From NCBI GenBank assembly GCA_963845145.1, contig CAWJQU010000002.1, positions 480,001 through 544,000 on the forward strand: a DNA stretch of 64,000 nt. Direction: 5' to 3'. Both the position numbers and the translations under genes were made by a program. This document shows, piece after piece, positions 51,338 to 61,318 of the stretch. The stretch comes from an uncultured delta proteobacterium (GTDB taxonomy: Bacteria; Desulfobacterota; Desulfobacteria; Desulfobacterales; QNYZ01). Numbering within the stretch: position 1 is the stretch's first letter; every line of letters begins with the position of its first letter. A model generated the notes under the pieces. It was not told where the DNA came from and did not search any database. It worked only from the letters and a program-made list of their open reading frames with translations.

Positions 51338-51610
51338 ATGATGGAACACAATCAAAATGCGTACCAACGGGCTGAAAAGCGGGTCAAAGCGAAGCTTGGT
51401 TTCTACTACAACTTGTCAATTTATATGGTCATATGTCTTTTACTAATTATCATCAACCTTAGCACATCACCGGAATACTTTTGGGCCAAGTGGCCACTGA
51501 TGGGTTGGGGGATAGGCATCTTATTTCATGCATTGGGTGTCTTTGTTTTTTCCGGAAAATCGGCTATCATTCAGCAAATGATCGAAAAAGAGATGAAAAA
51601 AGATATTTAG
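51338..51610 (+). CDS. 2TM domain-containing protein
   Basis: YQRAEKRVKAKLGFY, WAKWPLMGWGIGILFH; GGAGG RBS. Confidence 0.88.
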   Translation: MMEHNQNAYQRAEKRVKAKLGFYYNLSIYMVICLLLIIINLSTSPEYFWAKWPLMGWGIGILFHALGVFVFSGKSAIIQQMIEKEMKKDI

Positions 51611-51629
51611 ATGGTAAGGAAACAATCGC

Positions 51630-52685
51630 ATGCCTCACAGCCGATTTCAATTTGAAACCACCTGGCCATATGTGCTTAAAACATTAGGGTACACGGTACT
51701 GATTAATGCGGTTATCGCCTCATTTTTGTTCATTATCGGGTTTCATGAAAGCCCATTCTGGAAACTTTTTATCTTTTCCCAATGTATCGGCCTGTCGATT
51801 TGTTCCAGTATCTTAGCCATTACCCGTTTTTTAAGCGTTTTTAATCCACTTTTACAAACAGCGGTGTATTTGGGTGGTTTACTTTTCGGGTCCATGGGTG
51901 GGGCTTTGCTGGGGTCTGTCCTGGTGGGGATCCAGCCCTTGTTATTCTTTAAAGAAAGTGGAATCTTCGGCCAGACGCTCATTTTAGGACTGATTTTTGG
52001 ATCGGTGATAACTTATTTTTTTAGCAGTAGGGAACGGCTGGCAGAAACCAGGGAACAGCTCCAGGATGAACGCATCAAGCGGATCACCGGTGAAAAAGCA
52101 CTTGTGGAAGCCGATTTAAAGCGTCTCCAAGCCCAAGTGGAACCCCATTTTTTATTCAACACCCTCTCCAATGTCTTAAGCCTGATCGATACCGACCCGG
52201 CCACAGGGAAAATCATGTTAAAAAGCCTCACCGGATATTTGAGAACCTCCCTGGATAGAACGCGACGGGAAACCAGCACGATCGGCCAGGAGATGGACAT
52301 GATCCAGGATTATATGGAGATCCATCGAATCCGGATGGGTGATCGCTTTGCCTACCAAGTGGATGCCACCCAAGCGGCAAGACATCTCCCCTTTCCCCCC
52401 ATGCTGATTCAACCACTGGTGGAAAACGCCCTTCGGCATGGTTTGGAGCCCAAGATTGAAGGTGGCAGGGTTGACGTCCGTGTCATTGAAACCGAAAAAT
52501 CCGTTCAGGTTATCATTTCCGACACGGGTGTCGGTATACTGGGTAACGAAGATAGAGGCGTCGGGCTGTCAAACGTGCGGGAACGGTTGGTTGCATTGTA
52601 TGGTACTCGTGGTAAGTTTAGTTTAGAAGAGAATCAACCGACGGGATCTATTGCGACCATTGAGGTGCCCCTTGCCAACGATTAG
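51630..52685 (+). CDS. LytS/YehU-type sensor histidine kinase
   Basis: LQAQVEPHFLFNTL, IQPLVENALRHG, GVGLSNVRERL. Confidence 0.92.
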   Translation: MPHSRFQFETTWPYVLKTLGYTVLINAVIASFLFIIGFHESPFWKLFIFSQCIGLSICSSILAITRFLSVFNPLLQTAVYLGGLLFGSMGGALLGSVLVGIQPLLFFKESGIFGQTLILGLIFGSVITYFFSSRERLAETREQLQDERIKRITGEKALVEADLKRLQAQVEPHFLFNTLSNVLSLIDTDPATGKIMLKSLTGYLRTSLDRTRRETSTIGQEMDMIQDYMEIHRIRMGDRFAYQVDATQAARHLPFPPMLIQPLVENALRHGLEPKIEGGRVDVRVIETEKSVQVIISDTGVGILGNEDRGVGLSNVRERLVALYGTRGKFSLEENQPTGSIATIEVPLAND

Positions 52686-53439
52686 CGCCATCATTGCCGA
52701 TGATGAAAAAGCCTTGCGGGATTATTTAAAGCGGCAATTGGTAAAAATATGGCCGGAACTGAAAATTCGGGCCGAAGCGGAAAACGGCCAACAGGCTTTA
52801 GACCTGATCTTAGAAGAAAAGCCGGACATCGCCTTTTTGGACATTCGCATGCCCGGATTGTCCGGACTCGATGTGGCCGCGAAAGTGGCCGATTTGTGCC
52901 GAATCGTATTTGTCACCGCCTACGACCAGTACGCGGTCGATGCATTTGAAAAATCAGCGGCCGACTACCTATTGAAACCGGTTACCGCAGCCCGTCTTAA
53001 AAAGACGGTTGACCGGTTAAAACAATCCCTGCCCAACAGCCCGCCGGCACACGCCGACCTCGCTGAGCTGTTGGAAAAGTTAAATCGATCCGCCCTGGAT
53101 AGGGAAAACACCCGATACCTAAATTGGATCCGCGCCCAATATCGGGATGGCATCCGCCTGATCCCCAGCCAGGAGGTTTGCTATTTCAAAGCGGTAGATA
53201 AATATACCGTTGTTCGGACAAAAGAGCATGAGGCTTTGATCCGCAAGCCGATTAAAACACTGGCCCAAGAGCTCGACCCAACCACTTTCTGGCAAATCCA
53301 CCGCAGTACCATCGTCAACGTGACGCGTATTGACAAAGTCAGCCGGGGAATCACCGGCCGACTGGTTCTTAAGCTCAAACAGCCCCCTGAAACATTGATG
53401 GTCAGCCGATCTTACGCCCATCTTTTTAAACAGATGTAA
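52672..53439 (+). CDS. LytTR family response regulator
   Basis: AIIADDE, FLDIRMPG, FVTAYDQYAVDAFE, FWQIHRSTIVN, VSRSY. Confidence 0.94.
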   Translation: MPTISAIIADDEKALRDYLKRQLVKIWPELKIRAEAENGQQALDLILEEKPDIAFLDIRMPGLSGLDVAAKVADLCRIVFVTAYDQYAVDAFEKSAADYLLKPVTAARLKKTVDRLKQSLPNSPPAHADLAELLEKLNRSALDRENTRYLNWIRAQYRDGIRLIPSQEVCYFKAVDKYTVVRTKEHEALIRKPIKTLAQELDPTTFWQIHRSTIVNVTRIDKVSRGITGRLVLKLKQPPETLMVSRSYAHLFKQM

Positions 53440-53568
53440 TCATCATTATCATCACACCCGGCCGACACGCCAGACCCTTTACCGTGCCAAGTTCTAAACA
53501 TTCAGTGGTGCCCGAGACCGTCCTCTCCCAGCCGACATGGATAAAACAGCAGAAAACCAAAACAGAAA

Positions 53569-54705
53569 TCATGGATCACCTGCTTGGGTGAAAATCTCAC
53601 TTAAAGATCTTTCTACCACCTGAACAATAACGATGTCAGGGTTTTCACGGGAAATCATATCTTCGTCAAAAAACCGCCAGTGAATCACAAACCTTTGGAA
53701 ATGTTCCGCTAAAAAAGGCCTCAGACTTACAGCAAAAGAGTCTCGAAACATCACGGCCCTGGGGAGTTGATGATCATCTTTTTGCATGACAATTAATCGA
53801 TCATCATCTTGAGGGCGCAACAAGTAGTGCTCCCTGTAAAAAGTATCCGGTGTGACTCTTTTAGCGGCCCATCCATTTTTTGGCGTGAATATCAGTCGTT
53901 TTTCCAGGACATGCTGTTCCTCCCCAACCATCATGGCCAAATCGCCGCCCTTTCGGGAAATTACATCGATTTGAAAATCACCGGCCGCCATAGGCTGAAT
54001 AGCCGGGAACCCGGCCGATAATTCCGAGACAATGCGCCAATACCCGTAATAAGCGCCCAATTGTGTCCAATGCGTATCGCTTTTCCAGTAAAGAAGACCG
54101 TTTTTTTTGTTTTTGAGGATGACTTCACTTAGGTCCAAAACAGCTATTTCCGGGTAGGAACGCATGGCCGCCTTTAGCTGTTGTAGCGGCGTAACACTGC
54201 ATTTTCCCCTTATCCAATCGGGAAGGTGTTCCGGATAAATGGTATTTTTATCCGGTGCAACGACGAACAGGTACTGAATGCCGCGATCCCTGCAAAACCG
54301 ATATTGATCTAAGATGGTTTGCCTCATGGCTGTCAGTGCTTCCTCAGAAAAACGCCCGGCCCCGATATATTTTTTTTCTATATTAGCCTTGGCGAAGTAG
54401 AGCCATCCGTTTTCACCATATAGAACAGAATTAATGACCGGTTTTCCCATGATACGGCGATCATAAAGAAGTGCGGTCCTGGCAAGCAGTTGGCGGCCAC
54501 CGAAGTGATCATCCAGGTAGCGATCCACTGATTTGGCCATTTTTCGGTTTGTCCGCATCTTGGGTGGTGGTGCAAGCTGCCGGTTTTCATTCAGGTCAAC
54601 CTTGAGGTCGATATCGAAAACCATTATAGCCATGGGCAATAACAGTATCACCATAAACAGGACGACACGAAAGGTGATATGGGGTTTGGAAGTCAAAGCG
54701 GACAT
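53569..54705 (-). CDS. AlgJ/AlgX-like SGNH O-acetyltransferase
   Basis: ENRQLA, DDHFGGR, APDKNTIYPE, KSDTHWT, GGDLA, FRDSF. Confidence 0.88.
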   Translation of the reverse strand: MSALTSKPHITFRVVLFMVILLLPMAIMVFDIDLKVDLNENRQLAPPPKMRTNRKMAKSVDRYLDDHFGGRQLLARTALLYDRRIMGKPVINSVLYGENGWLYFAKANIEKKYIGAGRFSEEALTAMRQTILDQYRFCRDRGIQYLFVVAPDKNTIYPEHLPDWIRGKCSVTPLQQLKAAMRSYPEIAVLDLSEVILKNKKNGLLYWKSDTHWTQLGAYYGYWRIVSELSAGFPAIQPMAAGDFQIDVISRKGGDLAMMVGEEQHVLEKRLIFTPKNGWAAKRVTPDTFYREHYLLRPQDDDRLIVMQKDDHQLPRAVMFRDSFAVSLRPFLAEHFQRFVIHWRFFDEDMISRENPDIVIVQVVERSLSEIFTQAGDP

Positions 54706-54714
54706 CGACTGTTC

Positions 54715-56169
54715 CTAAAACCGAAAATAGATAAAAGGGTTGTATGTACCGGCGGACAGCTTGAGGGCACAAAACAACAAAACCACGCCCAAAAAAAGCG
54801 TTTCGTGCACATGCATTGCCCGCCACACCATAAGGGAAACCTTGCCAAGATGTGGTTTTGAATCGATTCGTAACACCTTTTGTCTCAAGTGGGAAAAAAT
54901 GGGGGTCGCGCCAATCACACCCACACATAAAACCAGCCAGGTCTCATTGGTAAAATAGAGTTGAACGGGATAGGACGACAACGCACCGCTTGATAGGCCG
55001 AACATTGCCCCTAAATAGGCAATCGACTGGGAAAGGGTCTCCGATCGAAAAAAGACCCACCCGACCATCACCACGAAAAGGGTATACCCCCGTGCCGGCC
55101 AGGCGGCTTGGGATAAAAATCGGCTAAATAACCGCCCACGCTCCAGGCCTAAAAAAAGGCCGTGAAACAGGCCCCAGATCACGAAGTTCCAGCTCGCCCC
55201 GTGCCATAATCCGCAAAGGAAAAAGACGATCAGTAAATTTCTAAAAGTCCGAAAGGCACCGTGGCGATTACCACCCAATGGAATGTAGAGATAATCCCGA
55301 AACCAGGTCGACAAGGAGATATGCCAGCGTTGCCAGAACTCCCGCACTGACTTTGAGATGTATGGGTAGTTAAAATTTTCAGGAAAGGTAAACCCCAGCA
55401 TGTGTCCCAGCCCGATGGCCATATCGGAATACCCGGAAAAATCGAAATAGATCTGAAGGGTATAGCAGACAATACCCAACCAGGCAGTGGCGAACGAAAG
55501 GCCTTCTGTGGGAAGGGCGAAAATATTATCCGCTGCAACGGCCAATGTGTTGGCGATTAAAATCTTCTTTCCCAGGCCAGTGACAAACCGCTTGATACCG
55601 TAAGACACCTTATCAGCAGAAGACCATCGCAGCCTAAGTTGTTTTTTGATCTGGCTATAGCGAACAATGGGGCCGGCAATGAGTTGGGGAAAGGATGAGA
55701 TATAAAGGGCAACGCCATCCGGACGCTTCATGGCGGTCTCTTCTTCCCGGTACACATCAATGATATAAGACAAGGCTTGAAACGTAAAAAAGGAGATGCC
55801 AATGGGCAAATGGAGGTCCAGGTCCTCAAAGGCACGGCCTCCGGCCGATTCCCAAATAAGCCCAATATTGCTCGCCAGAAACCCTGCGTACTTAAAAAAA
55901 CCAAGTATACCCAAATTGAACACGATCCCAAGGGTTACCCATCTTTTTTTAAACGTGGCCCTGCGGCTGCGTTGAATAGCAAGCCCGATCAGATAGTTGG
56001 CCGCGATGGACACCAGCATCACCAAAACAAAGTCATACTCTCCCCACCAGTAAAAAAGAAGACTGGAGAAAATAAGCAGATAGTTTCGGAATCTTGCCGG
56101 TAGAATAAAATTGAGAATCAATACCGCCGGCAGGAAAAAGAAAAGAAATGTCACCGAGCTAAAAACCAC
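54715..56169 (-). CDS. MBOAT O-acyltransferase (AlgI/PatA-like)
   Basis: LPIGISFFTFQ, FPQLIAGPIVRY, YFDFSGYSDMAIG, FWQRWHISLSTWFRDY, GLWHGA, YNPFIYFRF. Confidence 0.94.
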   Translation of the reverse strand: MVFSSVTFLFFFLPAVLILNFILPARFRNYLLIFSSLLFYWWGEYDFVLVMLVSIAANYLIGLAIQRSRRATFKKRWVTLGIVFNLGILGFFKYAGFLASNIGLIWESAGGRAFEDLDLHLPIGISFFTFQALSYIIDVYREEETAMKRPDGVALYISSFPQLIAGPIVRYSQIKKQLRLRWSSADKVSYGIKRFVTGLGKKILIANTLAVAADNIFALPTEGLSFATAWLGIVCYTLQIYFDFSGYSDMAIGLGHMLGFTFPENFNYPYISKSVREFWQRWHISLSTWFRDYLYIPLGGNRHGAFRTFRNLLIVFFLCGLWHGASWNFVIWGLFHGLFLGLERGRLFSRFLSQAAWPARGYTLFVVMVGWVFFRSETLSQSIAYLGAMFGLSSGALSSYPVQLYFTNETWLVLCVGVIGATPIFSHLRQKVLRIDSKPHLGKVSLMVWRAMHVHETLFLGVVLLFCALKLSAGTYNPFIYFRF

Positions 56170-56192
56170 GGCGTCTCGTTTCTATCGACCGG

Positions 56193-56252
56193 ATGTTATC
56201 GCGATCTGAATTGTCACGACTTGAATTATTGCGACCTGAATTATCGCGATCG
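56193..56252. repeat. 15-bp tandem repeat, 4 degenerate copies (consensus GAATTATCGCGAYCT)
   Basis: atgttatcgcgatct gaattgtcacgactt gaattattgcgacct gaattatcgcgatcg. Confidence 0.8.
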
Positions 56253-56297
56253 GGACATGAAAGTTACAGAAAACGTTTTAAAAAACCTTCGAATTTT

Positions 56298-57401
56298 TCA
56301 TTCATCCAGCAGCAAGGGTGTCAATATGGGCGCAATCACACTACCGTCTGGTCGAATGGTAGCAAAGACACCGGGGCGGTAGTTGACAAGACTGCAAACA
56401 GCGCGGTTGGCCTGTTCCCTGGTAAAGAGAAACATGCACGTATCGTCGGTATAATCCATATAGTTGTGGATCGGATCCGGAGTGCCACAATTGTAAGTCT
56501 GGGTGCAGCCGTAATGTTCAACGGTCTCCGCCTGGGTATCCACAATTAAATCACCGGTTGAATAGGTGTTGCTGCAGGTGCCGCCTTCAAACGTATGGTG
56601 GAGGCCAAGGTAATGGCCCATCTCATGAACGAGGGTGCGCCCTTGATTGTAGGGCCAGGAAGTGGTGTTATTCCTGCCGCCGACCGTGGCGTAGTTCAAT
56701 ACAATCCCATCTATCCATTGGCCGGCGCTTCCCTGTGGATAGTAGGCATAGCCAAGACTCCCGCCGGCATCGTTTGTGTAGATATTGAGGTATTGGTTCG
56801 GGTCTTTATTAAGTGCCTGTTTGTAGGCCGCTTCATCGGCGGATGAATCTGTAAACCAGCTATTATTTAAAGTCCGTGTAATTCCGGCCAGCTTAAACTG
56901 GACCCGGGTGTCATACCCCTGACTTCCCAGGGTACCTTCGGTTGCCCGAAAATCTTCATTGAGCACCGTCATTTGCGCGGTGATGGCCCCGTTCGAGATA
57001 TTGCCGACCCCGTCGGACTTATAAATGACATGCCACCAGACAGGAATTTCATAGACCCCGGCCGGCCAATACTCATTTTGAATCGTCGTTGTATAAAAAG
57101 TACAATCCGCCGGAGCCCTTTCGATTCTGTCGGTACCGTCGTCGATGGGTTTTCTGGTCCCACAACGCATCCCATTGCTTTTGAAATATGCGGAGTTGAC
57201 ATACGCCGACATGCTGTCGAAATGGTTCGGGCCGACAACGATCGAACCGTTCTTTTTCATCTCAACATCTGCTGCCGGGCTTTGAGCCGCAGCCAAGACA
57301 AAACAGGTTAAAAAGGCGACGATGCCCACCAGGATGTTTCTATTGTTTCTGTGATTCACCGCGACCCCATGATAGATTGTCACTTTTGCTTTATCAATCA
57401 C
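56298..57401 (-). CDS. Secreted zinc metalloprotease, peptidase M43 (pappalysin/ulilysin-like)
   Basis: HEMGHYLGLHHTF zinc motif, Met-turn NYMDY, RCGT cysteine-switch-like propeptide, signal peptide; start uncertain. Confidence 0.9.
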   Translation of the reverse strand: MIDKAKVTIYHGVAVNHRNNRNILVGIVAFLTCFVLAAAQSPAADVEMKKNGSIVVGPNHFDSMSAYVNSAYFKSNGMRCGTRKPIDDGTDRIERAPADCTFYTTTIQNEYWPAGVYEIPVWWHVIYKSDGVGNISNGAITAQMTVLNEDFRATEGTLGSQGYDTRVQFKLAGITRTLNNSWFTDSSADEAAYKQALNKDPNQYLNIYTNDAGGSLGYAYYPQGSAGQWIDGIVLNYATVGGRNNTTSWPYNQGRTLVHEMGHYLGLHHTFEGGTCSNTYSTGDLIVDTQAETVEHYGCTQTYNCGTPDPIHNYMDYTDDTCMFLFTREQANRAVCSLVNYRPGVFATIRPDGSVIAPILTPLLLDE

Positions 57402-57413
57402 ATAACCAAACCA

Positions 57414-58120
57414 TCAATTACCGCCACGAACCGGCCACAAATAGTCAGTCCATCGGGGGTCTGCCATCTTTAAGTCGTAGTACTCACCTCAGCCATCCTC
57501 CATGGTAAACTCCCATGCGTCGTATCGGCCAGAATCAGCAACAACTCGTACTACTGGTCCAATAATATACGGCGGATGGGACATCGTCAGGCGTGGACGT
57601 TTCAGTGAGAATTGAAATAAGCGCCGATGGCAGCGCGGGATTATATCGCCCAAATCCAACAGACTCTCCAATTCATAGCGATTGGGTAGACGCCAGTCAC
57701 CGGCATTGGAGCCATCGGTCAGTCCGCAGTAACCAGCTGGCAAGTCCGATTGTTCGCATCATGGCTATCGGCCATGGGCGACAATTTTGTCCCGTTGTAT
57801 CGCCTGAAAACAGCATCGCAATCTGCATTTCTCAACCAAATCAGATCCGTCAGATTGTCCGTCACCGTGCCATCGCCATTGTCCGTAAATCTCGGAGACG
57901 GCCAGGCAACCCCCTTTGCCAGAACCCCATCTTCTCCGGGAACAGTAGTATCGATGTCTGTCTGTCCGGTCTTTGCAACCGGCGCCGGCGGCCCGGTGGC
58001 CGATTCGAAAAGCGGTATCACGACCACCTTATTCTGGGCCCCAACATCCAACGAATTAACAGCTAACACGGCACAAACAATCATAAATCCAAAAAGTAAT
58101 CGTTTCATCGCTATCATCAT
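57414..58120 (-). CDS. Secreted DUF1566 (Lcl C-terminal) domain protein, multiply frameshifted
   Basis: KTGQT, RFTDNGDGTVTDNLTDLIW, DWRLPNRYEL, YYWTSST and terminal LWPVRGGN* lie in different frames; AGGAGG RBS. Confidence 0.8.
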
Positions 58121-58554
58121 TTCGTTCCTCCTTTTCAAAAAAAGGTTACTTCATAAGCGCCTGATAGACAGGCGGCTGAGTGTTTCTTGAGGTACCGGAA
58201 ACAACCATCGAAAACAATCGGGAAATAACGCATAATGGTGATCGCGAGACCATGCGATTTAATCTCCAAATGTCTGTTTGACACCCACTGCCCGGTATTT
58301 TAAATAACGAACGTAAAGATTACACCCACGATAGGTAAAGATACCGTATTTGCCGTATAAAAGCCAGAATCATTTGTCATCGGCACAGGACAATCGCAAG
58401 TAAAAATCCATAAAAAATGGTCGATTTTTGCGATTGCCCCGACATTGTTCCGCATGGTAACCGAAAATAGGAATCTTCACAAAAGGGGTGAGAATTATAG
58501 TGCGTTGTTCACGTCCAACATTCAAAAAACAATCTTTTTTGCGTGGATTCCATC

Positions 58555-58641
58555 TGTAGGGGCGCCCCTTGTGGGTGCCCATGCCCTTTGTGGAAGCCTG
58601 GCGACCATACCACCGGGCAACCACAAGGGATTGCCCCTACA
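58555..58641. repeat. GTAG-type REP doublet (REPIN-like inverted pair)
   Basis: TGTAGGGGCGCCCCTTGTGGGTGCCC ... GGGCAACCACAAGGGATTGCCCCTACA. Confidence 0.85.
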
Positions 58642-58784
58642 TAAACACATCCATTATGGGATAGTATCATCTGGGCGCACCCCATGCGCATTTTTAAATG
58701 GGATAAAAACGGTAGGTAGGAAATCACGGCCAAGTCTGCTATTATCAAGCCTTGATTATCAGGCCTCAAAGAGGAGAAATAGCC

Positions 58785-59546
58785 ATGACGGACAAATATG
58801 AACGTATTGCCATCGTAACCGGAGCGACTTCCGGTATTGGGGAAGCTACGGCGAGAAAATTCATTGCCGGTGGTTTTGGTGTTGTGGGTAATGGGCGAAA
58901 TGCACAAAAGTTGACGGCGCTGGAAAAAGAGATCGGTTCCGCTTTCTGCGGCGTCGCGGGTGACGCCAGCGATAATGATGTGTTGGAAACATTATTTGCC
59001 ACTGCGGATGATCGTTTCGGCAAATCGGCCGACATTGTGGTCGCCAACGCCGGCCGGGGCCTCGGGGGCACCATTGCCGATGCCGATGCGTCGCAGTTTG
59101 AGGAGCTTTTTAAAACAAATGTGGCCGGGACCCTACTGCTCTTGCAAAAAGCCGCACAAAAAATCGTCGCTAAACAGCAGAAGGCGTTTCCTGAAAACGC
59201 GGCCGATATTGTCATCATCGGATCGGTGGTCGGTCGACACATATCACCCTTTAGCGCCGTGTATAGCGCCACCAAATTTGCCGTTCACGGCCTGGCGGAA
59301 AGCTTACGACGCGAAATCGGGCCCAAAGGCATCCGGGTCTCCCTGGTTGAGCCGGGGTTGGCTTTAACCGGATTTCAAGCCGCCGCGAATTACAGCGATG
59401 AAATGGTACAGGGTTTGGCGGATCGTTTCGGCCCGCTTTTGGTAGGCGCCGACGTGGCCAACGCGATCTATTACATTGTCACCCAGCCGCCCCACGTGCA
59501 CATTAGCGACATTGTCGTACGCCCGACGCGTCAGGATTATCCTTAA
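58785..59546 (+). CDS. Short-chain dehydrogenase/reductase (YdfG-like)
   Basis: TGATSGIG, NAG, YSATK, QPPHVHISDIVVRP. Confidence 0.93.
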   Translation: MTDKYERIAIVTGATSGIGEATARKFIAGGFGVVGNGRNAQKLTALEKEIGSAFCGVAGDASDNDVLETLFATADDRFGKSADIVVANAGRGLGGTIADADASQFEELFKTNVAGTLLLLQKAAQKIVAKQQKAFPENAADIVIIGSVVGRHISPFSAVYSATKFAVHGLAESLRREIGPKGIRVSLVEPGLALTGFQAAANYSDEMVQGLADRFGPLLVGADVANAIYYIVTQPPHVHISDIVVRPTRQDYP

Positions 59547-59875
59547 AGGGAAAAAACAGCCACGCCCCACATCCAAAGGGCAAAAAAAGCCATGCCACCG
59601 GCAATGGTGATCAGCAGATTGTTACTGATCTTACCAATGGTGACCGTAGCCACCGCTCCGGCCAGATAGGCGTTATCGAGGGAGAAGTTCAGGGTGGTTC
59701 CGTTTGGAAGGAGAACTGCCGGAACGATGATCGCCGTCAGTACCGCGGGTGGGACGTATTGCAGGGCCCCGCGCATTCGATCCGAAAATCGAAATCGACC
59801 GGAAAAAGGCAAGAGCACATAGCGGATCGAAAAGGTGACACAGACCATACCGACAATCAAATAAACCGTTTCCAT
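59543..59875 (-). CDS. azlD: AzlD family branched-chain amino acid export protein
   Basis: VTFSIRY, LQYVPPAVLTAIIVP. Confidence 0.88.
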   Translation of the reverse strand: METVYLIVGMVCVTFSIRYVLLPFSGRFRFSDRMRGALQYVPPAVLTAIIVPAVLLPNGTTLNFSLDNAYLAGAVATVTIGKISNNLLITIAGGMAFFALWMWGVAVFSL

Positions 59876-59880
59876 CCCCT

Positions 59881-60612
59881 TCAGCCCTCCTCGGCCGTGA
59901 CCGCTTGTGGCTGCCGCTTCGTCGCCATCTCGATTAAAATGCCGGCGCCGATTCCGAGAACCGTAGCAACGATCAATCCCATTTTATGGGGAAGCCCGTT
60001 AAATAAAAGTGCGGCCACACCGGCTACCAGCACGGTACCATAGGCCGGCTTGCCCTTCAGATAGGGGATAACCATCCCGATAAACGCCGCCACCATGGCA
60101 AAATCGAGCCCCCAGCCACCGATACCTTGAAGCATGCGTCCGGCAATCAGCCCGATGGCGGTACACAGGTTCCAATTCGTATACATAAAGGTCATGGATC
60201 CCAATTGATACCAGTGTTTATGCGGACTATCGTCGCCGGATCGCCAGCGGCCCACTGCTACGGCAAAGGTTTCATCGGTCAAACCGAAAGCCAGGATCAC
60301 TTGCCACCGCTGGGGAAGTCTTTTTAGGTATTCCAAAAGGGTGGCGGTGTATAAAAGATGCCTGAAGTTGACGACAAAGGTTGTCAATACAATCATCGGC
60401 CAGATCGTCCCCGCGCCTACGAGCCCCATGGCAATAAATTGAGACGAACCGGCGAAAACAAAAAGACTCATCCCCATGGCGCCCCACCAGGGCAAACCGG
60501 CGGCGCCGGAGAGCGTACCGAAAATAATACCAAATGGCACAGCCCCGATAACCAGCGGAAGCGTATCACGAAAGCCGCGCCAAAACTCGGACTGCTTTGT
60601 TTGTTTTTGCAT
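59881..60612 (-). CDS. azlC: AzlC family branched-chain amino acid export protein
   Basis: [27 protein letters not shown]. Confidence 0.93.
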   Translation of the reverse strand: MQKQTKQSEFWRGFRDTLPLVIGAVPFGIIFGTLSGAAGLPWWGAMGMSLFVFAGSSQFIAMGLVGAGTIWPMIVLTTFVVNFRHLLYTATLLEYLKRLPQRWQVILAFGLTDETFAVAVGRWRSGDDSPHKHWYQLGSMTFMYTNWNLCTAIGLIAGRMLQGIGGWGLDFAMVAAFIGMVIPYLKGKPAYGTVLVAGVAALLFNGLPHKMGLIVATVLGIGAGILIEMATKRQPQAVTAEEG

Positions 60613-60682
60613 GTATCGATTTTCCGTTCACTATCGGACTGATGTTGAGATGATGCACGACAAAGCCCGAGCGATCAACGAT

Positions 60683-61243
60683 CTATCCTTTCTTCGAGAT
60701 CACCCTATCAGCGACCGTTTTAACAAGTTCGCCTTCTTTTCGCCAGACATGGCAGGAGTCGATCAGATACTGCTCCATCTCTTCATTGGTTATGTCGCGG
60801 CTATCAGGATTTCGATCCGCATGGGTCCAATACCCCTGAAGCGCGGCGGGCGCCATGGCCAACAAGAGCGTGGTCAGGTGAATGCACCCCTTGCGGCCAC
60901 CCAATAGCCGATTCACCTGCCGGGTGAATCCCGGTGCGATTTTTAACCCCTCGAGCACGGCTAACTTATCCTGAATCTGATCGCACTCATCGTGGGGGGT
61001 GGTTTTCATATCCACCCAAATTCGGGTGATCTCACGTTCTTTTAAACCGAGTAACAGTTCTATGCACAGATGGTGCACCGTCAAAGGAGGGCGTGGCTTT
61101 CCGGCCAGATCATGCGTGGCAACCAGCCTTCGATCTTTAAGTTCACCGCAAACGACGATATGGTCTTCATCATACTCGTAGCTGGAGACATCAATATTGC
61201 GGTTTTGGATTTTCTCTTTTTTTTCAAGCTGATCGTATTTCAT
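60683..61243 (-). CDS. DUF2889 domain-containing protein
   Basis: GELKDRR, VHHL, PHDEC, LEGLKIAPGF, LGGRKGCIHL, DSCHVW. Confidence 0.85.
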   Translation of the reverse strand: MKYDQLEKKEKIQNRNIDVSSYEYDEDHIVVCGELKDRRLVATHDLAGKPRPPLTVHHLCIELLLGLKEREITRIWVDMKTTPHDECDQIQDKLAVLEGLKIAPGFTRQVNRLLGGRKGCIHLTTLLLAMAPAALQGYWTHADRNPDSRDITNEEMEQYLIDSCHVWRKEGELVKTVADRVISKKG

Positions 61244-61244
61244 A

Positions 61245-61302
61245 GGTTGTGTTCTTTTTTATTGGGTTGCGTTCTTTTTTTATTGGGTTGCGTTCTTTTT
61301 TT
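61245..61302. repeat. 20-21 bp tandem repeat, about 2.8 copies, with poly-T tracts
   Basis: ggttgtgttcttttttattg ggttgcgttctttttttattg ggttgcgttcttttttt. Confidence 0.85.
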
Positions 61303-61318
61303 CATGCGGATGGGACGG

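Noticed and set aside
56193..56549. ORF with LSRSE-like repeats
   Set aside because: Product of the 15-bp DNA repeat plus antisense overlap with the M43 gene; no RBS
57414..58120. Diversity-generating retroelement targeting DUF1566
   Set aside because: No reverse transcriptase or template repeat in the window, and the lesions are indels
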